A stretch of 64,000 nt of DNA from a virus (lineage: Duplodnaviria > Caudoviricetes): IMG/VR virus record IMGVR_UViG_3300042013_000067, positions 1-64,000 of that record; one strand, 5' to 3'. A program made the translations under genes and the position numbers. The notes under the pieces were generated by a model. It was not told the DNA's origin, did no database searches, and saw only the letters and a program-made list of their open reading frames with translations. This document shows positions 56,977 to 64,000 of this stretch, piece by piece (within the stretch, counting starts at the first letter, position 1; each line of letters begins with the position of its first letter).

Positions 56977-58320
56977 ATGCTGGAAATGTTATTGCATTAT
57001 AACCCCCCATCCGGATCGGGACCGTTCACCCCACCTGAGGTGATCGCAGGTAAGGCCTTCCAAGGATGGGTTGCTAGTGGTGATTTTATAACGGGTGATG
57101 CGCTAGCCACAGCCATTGGTTTGGCGGCTGGTACGTCGCACAACAGTGACGCAGGCTGGCTTCATTACATCGATGGCGCACGTGAGTTCTACATCGCACG
57201 TAAAACACTGCGATATAACCTAAGCTGGAGTCCGATTGAGATTGCCTTAGGTAGCCCAAATAAGATCATTCAGATTGGGGCGGACTATTACCAAGTCAAA
57301 CAAATGACGTCGATGTCGGTTGATCCTTTTTCTAGCATCGTCAGTAACGATGGTGGTGGCGATTGGAACAAATATATCTACCCATTGGTCTCTGGGCCGG
57401 CACGGGCACAGTTCACGGCTGAGGTATGGTCGTACTATACCGAAACCGATCTTGGTCTGTCTGCAGTATGGGGGACCCAACCAAATGGTTCGATCACCCA
57501 TACGGTGGAAAAACACAACACCATACCTGATATTCGTGCCGCTCGTGGACGAACCTATTCAGGTAGCACTGCAGTGTCCAGTGTAACTGGACGCACTGTG
57601 TATAATGCAGCTAACCCTAGCGAAGGTAACGCAGGTACAGGGTTAAGTCAGTATGGCTGGCGCCCGATCTTAGAGAAAGTACCTGAGCCACCACCGGCTG
57701 ATCTGTATTATGGTGAGGTAGCTTCAGCTGACTTCATTACGGCATCGGCTCTGGCGACCGCTGTAGGTGCGAGCGCATTGGGTACAGTAACCAATGCTGA
57801 CGTCAGTTGGCTGAAGTTCCGTATTGATGGTAAGACCCAGTACATCGCCAAGAAGCCATTGCGTCATGGCGTCACATGGAATAGCCTCAATGCACTAGGT
57901 CTGGTGTTTGGCACCCAGACGGTGGTTATTGGTGGACAGACGTATAAAGTGCGCCTACCCACAGGGACCTCGGTACCTTCAGCCAACGTATACAACCCAG
58001 CGCACATGGGTGGCGATTTCAACGACATGATCTACCCAATCTACGGTGGGGTAGTGATTAACCACGCGATGGTTCAAGCCTACCCGCGCTGGGCAGCCTT
58101 CACCGATGCCGAGCTTGGCCTCAACACCGTGAAATCACCAATCATCAACGGTGGTTTGACCTTGTGCCAAGAACTCGCTGCTCAAGGGGGTTATCTGGTG
58201 CGTGGCTATAACGACAATGACAACGCCGGTGTAGCTCAGTTGGTAGCTGGTTGGTACGTCACTGGAGACTCCACGATACAATACTCTGGTTGGCGTCCAG
58301 TGTTGGAGCTGGTTCCTTAA
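56977..58320 (+). CDS. paralog with two GWRPVL modules and no Kelch domain
   Basis: MLEMLL start mirrors MLELLL of the upstream gene; same module motifs. Confidence 0.75.
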   Translation: MLEMLLHYNPPSGSGPFTPPEVIAGKAFQGWVASGDFITGDALATAIGLAAGTSHNSDAGWLHYIDGAREFYIARKTLRYNLSWSPIEIALGSPNKIIQIGADYYQVKQMTSMSVDPFSSIVSNDGGGDWNKYIYPLVSGPARAQFTAEVWSYYTETDLGLSAVWGTQPNGSITHTVEKHNTIPDIRAARGRTYSGSTAVSSVTGRTVYNAANPSEGNAGTGLSQYGWRPILEKVPEPPPADLYYGEVASADFITASALATAVGASALGTVTNADVSWLKFRIDGKTQYIAKKPLRHGVTWNSLNALGLVFGTQTVVIGGQTYKVRLPTGTSVPSANVYNPAHMGGDFNDMIYPIYGGVVINHAMVQAYPRWAAFTDAELGLNTVKSPIINGGLTLCQELAAQGGYLVRGYNDNDNAGVAQLVAGWYVTGDSTIQYSGWRPVLELVP

Positions 58321-58322
58321 CA

Positions 58323-58360
58323 GCATAAAGCCCCTCCCGTGATGGGAGGGGCCTATGTCC
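58323..58360. terminator. CATA-hairpin-TATG element between convergent genes
   Basis: GCATAAA-GCCCCTCCC-GTGAT-GGGAGGGGC-CTATGTCC. Confidence 0.7.
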
Positions 58361-58362
58361 GC

Positions 58363-59199
58363 TTAGAACGTTTTATATTCCGCGCGAAGGGTTTCGACAT
58401 GCCTGCCTGTTTTCAGATGGGTCTGGATGATGTCGTAGTGGTCGACCTTGACATGGATGTGGTATTTCACATCCTCTTTAAGGTCAGGCCAACTGTAAAC
58501 GGAAGTACCGTCAGAATTCTGCGACACCACTAAGTCGGCTTTGTTGGCGGTGTCCCATTCAGCTTCGATCAACTGACAGTTCAGGACGAGTGCTTTTTTC
58601 ATCTGTTCAGCACATTCCTGTATCGAGCCCCCTAGGTTAACGGTGACTGGGGCAAGTGCGTCACGTACCCCACCCAAGGTGTTTGCCATCAACATGGTGG
58701 CTTTCATGGCTTTGGCCATAGGGGGATCAATGAGCTCGTCAGGGCGGTAGCTACCGATGCCCGGTGAGTAGAACTGGATGTGGTCAATGCTGCGATTGTC
58801 ACCGCGTTGGGCGAAGGACTGTGCCTTACCCTGAATCTGGTCGAACTCTTCCTTCGTCAGGGTAACTTGACCTGCCTCGTAGTCGATCAACGCGTAGTAG
58901 CAAAGACGCGCCACCTTCCAGTAGGTGATGTCGTAGTTGTCATCGTCCTGACACGTATCGTGCCCGGTCACCAGGTTGATGTGGTGCTCACCCAGTGCGC
59001 GCTGTACGTCCTTACGCTCCTCCAACATCTCAATGACCGCCGTGAGTTCAAGGAACTCATTGCGCAGCTCCATGATGGCATTGCGGCCTTTGTACTGACT
59101 GGCCACACCGTGATGCTGACACTTGAGGGCTTCTTTGGTGACTTCGGAAGCTTCTTCAGCTAGCTTGCCCAAGAGGTACTGCGTCCAATTCATGCTCAT
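58363..59199 (-). CDS. MazG-like all-alpha NTP pyrophosphohydrolase N-terminal domain plus unknown C-terminal region
   Basis: KLAEEASEV..EALK...G...LRNEFLEL.AVIEML. Confidence 0.55.
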   Translation of the reverse strand: MSMNWTQYLLGKLAEEASEVTKEALKCQHHGVASQYKGRNAIMELRNEFLELTAVIEMLEERKDVQRALGEHHINLVTGHDTCQDDDNYDITYWKVARLCYYALIDYEAGQVTLTKEEFDQIQGKAQSFAQRGDNRSIDHIQFYSPGIGSYRPDELIDPPMAKAMKATMLMANTLGGVRDALAPVTVNLGGSIQECAEQMKKALVLNCQLIEAEWDTANKADLVVSQNSDGTSVYSWPDLKEDVKYHIHVKVDHYDIIQTHLKTGRHVETLRAEYKTF

Positions 59200-60028
59200 C
59201 TAACATCTCCGCTGGTCTATTGAGAAATTCGTCAATGATCGGCAGTACCCGATCGAGGTCCGTAAGAAGGAACAGGTGTCCATCGTTAAACACGTGAAAC
59301 TCACTGTTCGGTATCTGTAGAGCTAACACCTTCATGTTAGTCAGTGGTATCAACGGATCGTCGTTACCCGCTAACACCAAGGTAGGTTGCTTAAGCTTGT
59401 GCAGCCAAGGCAGACTGGACCACCAGTACACCGCCGCCACCTGATAGTAATAGCCATAACTACTGCGATGGGCATGGTTGGCTTTGTCCTCTGCCATCTT
59501 CTCAGCATGGATAGCAGCCAAGGCTTTGTCATAGCGGAACTTACCCCCGTAGATGGACGGAGCAATACTAGCCGCATACGCAGGGTCAGTATAGCGCCGT
59601 GGACTGGCCATCAGGCACAACACACGCCAACTCGGCATGAAGGAGATAATCCCCGCTGAAGTAGCTGCCAGTATCAACCGGCGGCAACGCTGAGGATAGT
59701 CGTGTGCGAACTGCTGCGCTAGGAAGCCACCCCACGACAGACCGATAACATCTACTTGACCATAATCCAAATGGTCCAGCATTTGGGTGACGATCTTGGT
59801 CAAGCCAGAGAAACGGTAGGGGAGCAGCGGGGTAGATGAACCCCCAACACCTGGAACGTCAAAGGCAATAACTTCCAAATCAGGACGCATTGCTCGGACA
59901 AAAGGTAGCACCAGCTCCAGACTGGCGCCGATACCGTTGAACATCAGAAGCGGGGTTGTCTTTTTAAGGCCAGGGCGTACTGCTACCCTGATGGTCTGCC
60001 CATTAAGATCGATTGTTTTAATATCCAC
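59156..60028 (-). CDS. phaZ: intracellular poly(3-hydroxyalkanoate) depolymerase, alpha/beta hydrolase
   Basis: VRPG...TPLLMFNGIGASLELV.PF, DVPGVGGSSTP..PYRF, lipase box GLSWGG, GNDDPLIP (Asp), DGHLFL (His): close match to recalled Pseudomonas PhaZ. Confidence 0.9.
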   Translation of the reverse strand: MDIKTIDLNGQTIRVAVRPGLKKTTPLLMFNGIGASLELVLPFVRAMRPDLEVIAFDVPGVGGSSTPLLPYRFSGLTKIVTQMLDHLDYGQVDVIGLSWGGFLAQQFAHDYPQRCRRLILAATSAGIISFMPSWRVLCLMASPRRYTDPAYAASIAPSIYGGKFRYDKALAAIHAEKMAEDKANHAHRSSYGYYYQVAAVYWWSSLPWLHKLKQPTLVLAGNDDPLIPLTNMKVLALQIPNSEFHVFNDGHLFLLTDLDRVLPIIDEFLNRPAEMLDEHELDAVPLGQAS

Positions 60029-60029
60029 T

Positions 60030-60479
60030 TTATGCCGTATCCTTGACGTCGAACATGCTATACGAGTCGAGCATCAGCGCTGGCTCATTGAGGAGCTCGG
60101 CTAGTGCTCGGGCTTGTGACACCGGTGTAGTTGCAAAACGATCTGAAAGCAGGTTACCTGCCCTCATAGCTATTACCCTTAGCTCTGCGAAGAGAGCTGG
60201 GTTTTCATGCACCCACCGACGCCACAGCTCCTTGTAGGCAGCATATACATCGACCGTAGGGTCGAGTGGTGGTTTTCCCTTACCAATACGCCAGTCATCA
60301 ATGCCAGGAGTACCGTAACCCTTCACGGAAAGCTGGTAGTGCTCCTCAATGGTGAACCCGTCAGAAAGACGGGCTACCATTGCTGAGAACCGACGGTCTC
60401 CTTTCGTGGAGCATTCTAAGCCGCCAAATCGCGACCACTTGAATTGTCCACTGCTGGTTGAGGACTGGCCGCTTGCTTT
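60030..60479 (-). CDS. NADAR/YbiA-like domain, N-terminus overlapping polymerase gene in the -1 frame
   Basis: FKWSRFGGLECSTKGDRRFSAMVARLSDGFTIEEHYQLSVKG...W..ENPAL..EL; frame open 60503-60030 but first start codon is ATG 60380. Confidence 0.6.
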   Translation of the reverse strand, partial: KASGQSSTSSGQFKWSRFGGLECSTKGDRRFSAMVARLSDGFTIEEHYQLSVKGYGTPGIDDWRIGKGKPPLDPTVDVYAAYKELWRRWVHENPALFAELRVIAMRAGNLLSDRFATTPVSQARALAELLNEPALMLDSYSMFDVKDTA

Positions 60480-62380
60480 TTTGCTTTGTGTGCCAAGTAG
60501 GCATCAAGCATGGTATCGAATGCTGGAGCACCCATGAGCTTCTGTGTGATCTCGACCGCGTTCACGCGACCGCCCGTTAAGTTGACCCCGAACTCACGCC
60601 GTACTGCTTCGGTGATCCCCTGAATCTGACAGAACTCCATAACGCAGGTTTCCCGTGCGATGTTGAGGATCTGCGAAACGTTCGGGTAAGTTGACACAAT
60701 GTCCAAGTCGGCTACGTGTGTAAAGATCAGCGTGAGATAATCTCGCATTTCCTCCACACAGTCCATACCCTCTGCCGCCGCCATATACGAAGGCAACGTG
60801 ACGATCCAATCGTCATGGCCAATCACGAACTTATCCAGTTCGGTGGACATCTGATCGGACGCTGTACCAATCACCGACTTGTTCGGACGGTTCAAGTACC
60901 AGAAGTGCATATCGTCGCAAAGACGTTTTGGGTTGGAGTTAAAGTTCTTGAAGTCCGAGTTCTTCGAATACATCGTAATCGACGAAGCCAGATCTTTAGT
61001 CTTCTCGTCCAGTTGCTCCAGGCGAATACTGTCGACGATGTTGTAAACACCGTAGATGATCTTGTGCTTGGTCTGCATCACTTCGTGCCAACGCAGACCG
61101 GTGTGCTGATCGGTTTCCTTGATCTTCAGTTTATCGAAGTCCAACTTCACTTCACAGACGTCACCCACCTTCACCATGTCGTGGTGGAAGTTCTCCACCA
61201 GTTCATCGTTGATGTAGTAGTAGACGAATCCACCCTTGCCACGGACCATGTCATTGGCTTTGTCGATAAATGCTTGGATATCGCCCGGCGCTTTGATCTT
61301 GGCTTCGTACTCGCTATTGAGTTCCTTCTTCAGAATCGCAGACAGGGCATACGACGGATCTTTACCGTTGGCCAGTCGAGTAATGCGATATACAGTCATC
61401 GCATCAATGCACTGGAAGGTCGCTGGATGGGTTACCCAGTTCCACCGGTCTTCCACGTTAATGGACATGACCTTACCAGAAGCCGTGGTCTTCTGTGTGT
61501 TACCCTTACGGTAGTTGAAGTACTTGTATTTCTGCGGTACCGTCGGGTCACTGAACACCGAAGCCAGATCAATACCTTCTTTCTCCAGAGCACGGATGAT
61601 TTTGCTCATGTCGAAGTCCATGTTCCAGAAAGCAAACCAATCTGGCTTCCAGACGTGGAGCATCTCGATACAACGCATGACCACTTGGCCTGGCGTATCA
61701 GCGATCAGAACTTCAATGTTCAGCTTACGTTCATCGATCAGAGACGGAATAAGTCGCTTGGCCTCAGCCAAGGTCTCAGCTACGGGGTCAGCGATATCAC
61801 CGATCCAGCTCTTCAGATAAACTAAGCGGACGTTTTCTTTGTGACTGACCGACATGCAGATAATGTCATCTGTGCCATTGACTACGTCGGTCTCAATGTC
61901 ACCACCACCGACTGTGTTAAAGCTGATGGTTTCTGGATACTTGCTGCGGTACTCAGCCTTGATGCAGCATGCGGAGTTAACGTCAGCACCGTACACGTAC
62001 GGGTTACGTTGGATAACGCGTTGTTGTGGGCGATGGCCTGGGTTAATGTCCAGGACTTTGGCGATGCTCTTAACCAAGTCGAGTTGCGTAGTCTTGAACT
62101 CTTGCAGATTGCTAACGAGTTCGTAGTCTTTCTTCTCTTCGTGGTTACGACGGCCTTTATGGGTAATCCAGAAAGGGCGTTTATAGTTCTCTTCAAACCG
62201 CAGACGGGGAATACGCCGACCGTCATCCAGGTGTACAACTTCCTTTACAATCAACATGTCGCTGAGGCCACGTTCTTGGTCAACGACATAAGTAATATGC
62301 TTTGCTTCAAAGCCTGTAGGTTTTACGATGTTGCTCACGAGATTCCCCTTCAGGTCTGTGTACGTACGATAACGTGGCAA
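60416..62380 (-). CDS. split family-B DNA polymerase, 3'-5' exonuclease / motif A subunit (phiKZ gp82-like)
   Basis: ExoI DIET, ExoII WNMDFD, ExoIII YNIVD, motif A DIVSTYPN. Confidence 0.85.
   Translation of the reverse strand: MPRYRTYTDLKGNLVSNIVKPTGFEAKHITYVVDQERGLSDMLIVKEVVHLDDGRRIPRLRFEENYKRPFWITHKGRRNHEEKKDYELVSNLQEFKTTQLDLVKSIAKVLDINPGHRPQQRVIQRNPYVYGADVNSACCIKAEYRSKYPETISFNTVGGGDIETDVVNGTDDIICMSVSHKENVRLVYLKSWIGDIADPVAETLAEAKRLIPSLIDERKLNIEVLIADTPGQVVMRCIEMLHVWKPDWFAFWNMDFDMSKIIRALEKEGIDLASVFSDPTVPQKYKYFNYRKGNTQKTTASGKVMSINVEDRWNWVTHPATFQCIDAMTVYRITRLANGKDPSYALSAILKKELNSEYEAKIKAPGDIQAFIDKANDMVRGKGGFVYYYINDELVENFHHDMVKVGDVCEVKLDFDKLKIKETDQHTGLRWHEVMQTKHKIIYGVYNIVDSIRLEQLDEKTKDLASSITMYSKNSDFKNFNSNPKRLCDDMHFWYLNRPNKSVIGTASDQMSTELDKFVIGHDDWIVTLPSYMAAAEGMDCVEEMRDYLTLIFTHVADLDIVSTYPNVSQILNIARETCVMEFCQIQGITEAVRREFGVNLTGGRVNAVEITQKLMGAPAFDTMLDAYLAHKAKKQAASPQPAVDNSSGRDLAA
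60476..60482 (-). promoter_or_regulatory. candidate -1 slippery heptamer A_AAA_AAG
   Basis: GCA AAA AAG in frame of the 60416-62380 gene. Confidence 0.55.
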
Positions 62381-62430
62381 AGTATTCTTATGAATATGAT
62401 TACAACGTCCTGCTTAGGATAGGTCTCCCC

Positions 62431-63750
62431 ATGTCAAAAGAAACCGTCTCGCTTGAGCTGTTGAACGCAAAAGCCAAGCGTCCGCTCGGCATTCGTATCG
62501 AAGCGGTGGTTGAAAAGTGGATTGAACGACGTGAGTTCAGCTACTTCTACACCAGCGAACAACTGCTCGAATTGCAAAAGATTGTAAAAGAAGAGATGGG
62601 TGTAAACGTCGAGTTCGAAATCATCGATAACCCGTCGATCAACGCCGCTGTCGGGATCGTACGAATCCCAGGTCATTCGGGCAGCACCTACTGTGGCCCA
62701 GGTACGAAGGCTGTTACGGTGGTCAGTCGTAGCCTGCCACAAGAACTGCGCAAGATTAAGATCGACCTCGATAAGGGTAAGATCACCGGCGCACTGCTGG
62801 ATGACTTCAAGAACAAGGTCACCATCTTCAGCGGTATGATTCAGCATCCGATCGGCATTACCGCCGAAGAAGTTACTGCTGCGATTACCCATGAACTCGG
62901 GCATGTGTGGAACCAGTACTTCACCCTCGGTGATTACGTTTGGTTGAACTATTACCTGCAAGACGGTCTGGAAGTGCTGCAGGGCACTAAGCCCAACATC
63001 TATAAGCTGGAGATCCTTACCGAAGCAGGGCTTGAGAAGTTCTGTAGCGATAAGGAGGCTTTGGCTGAGATGAAGCGGGCACCGACAGCGAAGAACGTTC
63101 GTCGGGTGATCCTGATGGCCTTCCAGAAAGCCCCACGCCATCACCTGACCGCCAGTAACAACAACACCTCGTGGTTACGTGAAGAACAGCTCGCTGATCT
63201 GTTCGCTTCCCGTATGGGCTACGCCCGTGCTTCGGTGACGTTACAGGCGAAGATGGATAAGATCTATGGTAGTCGTTACCTGATCGGTTCTACCGCCTTT
63301 GCATTCATGGAAGTAACCAAGGTAGTGCTTAATACAGCAGCCCTGCTAACGACCGTTGCCGCGATTGCATATCCTCCGATCTTGTTGGTGGCTCTGGCCA
63401 TGCGTATCACCGCCGCTAACATGGGTCCGGATGACGATCCTCTTATCTACGATAACGACATGGAGCGTAACATCAAGTTCCGTCGTGACCTCGTGGCCCA
63501 GCTTAAAGTGTTGGGTAAGGACAAAGGGCTGGAAGAGAAGATCCTAGCCGACATCGCCATGATCGATGAGGTACTGGCGATCTATCGCAAGAACACTACT
63601 GTCTGGGAATCGATACAGATCCTGATCAACCCAGACGTACGGCGTAATCGCCATCAGCGTGCTCGTGAAGAGGACCTGGAAATGTTGCTTAACAACGACC
63701 TGTTCGTTGCTGCGGCTAAATTCAATGCACTGTCGAGGACTTTACCATGA
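62431..63750 (+). CDS. virion protein (phiKZ gp83-like) with HExxH metallopeptidase-like motif and hydrophobic segment
   Basis: AITHELGH, EQLADLFASRMGY, hydrophobic LLTTVAAIAYPPILLVALAM. Confidence 0.6.
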   Translation: MSKETVSLELLNAKAKRPLGIRIEAVVEKWIERREFSYFYTSEQLLELQKIVKEEMGVNVEFEIIDNPSINAAVGIVRIPGHSGSTYCGPGTKAVTVVSRSLPQELRKIKIDLDKGKITGALLDDFKNKVTIFSGMIQHPIGITAEEVTAAITHELGHVWNQYFTLGDYVWLNYYLQDGLEVLQGTKPNIYKLEILTEAGLEKFCSDKEALAEMKRAPTAKNVRRVILMAFQKAPRHHLTASNNNTSWLREEQLADLFASRMGYARASVTLQAKMDKIYGSRYLIGSTAFAFMEVTKVVLNTAALLTTVAAIAYPPILLVALAMRITAANMGPDDDPLIYDNDMERNIKFRRDLVAQLKVLGKDKGLEEKILADIAMIDEVLAIYRKNTTVWESIQILINPDVRRNRHQRAREEDLEMLLNNDLFVAAAKFNALSRTLP

Positions 63751-64000
63751 CCACTGCCCACCAGTTCGCCCAACAACTCAAGGCGATCGAACCGGCCAAC
63801 ACCAATATCCGTCTGGCCCGTAGCCTGACCCTGGTCCATGCTTTCGCCATGGCGGTACCGGTTGGCAACTACACCAACGCCGAACAAGCGGCCGACGCTT
63901 CCAGCGATCTGTTGAAGAAACTGATCAACGACGTCAACGAACACGTCACCCTCGACACCAAGCTGTGCATGGGGTTGCTGCTGCCTACCCTGAAGCTGCG
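63747..64000 (+). CDS. virion protein (phiKZ gp84-like position), truncated by window end
   Basis: GAGG RBS, ATGA overlap, open to the window edge. Confidence 0.55.
   Translation, partial: MTTAHQFAQQLKAIEPANTNIRLARSLTLVHAFAMAVPVGNYTNAEQAADASSDLLKKLINDVNEHVTLDTKLCMGLLLPTLKL

Noticed and set aside
113-58360. CCCCTCCC/GGGAGGGG repeats as a CRISPR array or REP/MITE
   Set aside because: Dispersed singly at gene ends, no regular spacers, no cas or transposase gene, no target-site duplications
1-64000. Alternative genetic code (stop recoding)
   Set aside because: Core genes are intact under the standard code and end in TAA, TAG and TGA
1-64000. tRNA or rRNA genes
   Set aside because: No cloverleaf with T-loop GTTCRA and acceptor stem was recognised in intergenic gaps; not confirmed by tRNAscan

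Overview
This window is part of a nucleus-forming jumbo myophage genome (Chimalliviridae, phiKZ/201phi2-1-like); the phaZ gene suggests a Pseudomonas host. It follows the conserved phiKZ-type core order: tail sheath and tube, PhuZ tubulin, split family-B DNA polymerase (two genes), chimallin, SbcD-like nuclease, ChmC, four non-virion RNA polymerase subunits, PicA, SF2 helicase and a virion RNAP beta' subunit. Accessory genes are interspersed: HNH-AP2 endonuclease, QueC-like, ATP-grasp, TAXI solute-binding protein, Kelch proteins, MazG-like, PhaZ and NADAR-like. The most notable observations are: (1) an in-frame A_AAA_AAG slippery site that would fuse the polymerase exonuclease subunit to a NADAR-like domain whose conserved N-terminus has no start codon of its own; (2) a complete host-type intracellular PHA depolymerase; (3) a homing-endonuclease cassette that duplicated and replaced the 3' end and terminator of a virion gene; (4) a second candidate -1 frameshift with G/GT-like architecture; (5) a dispersed CATA-hairpin-TATG element at gene ends; (6) a 390-bp structured non-coding region. 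Family names and phiKZ gp numbers come from recalled motifs and synteny; no database search was run. No tRNA, rRNA or CRISPR array was seen.
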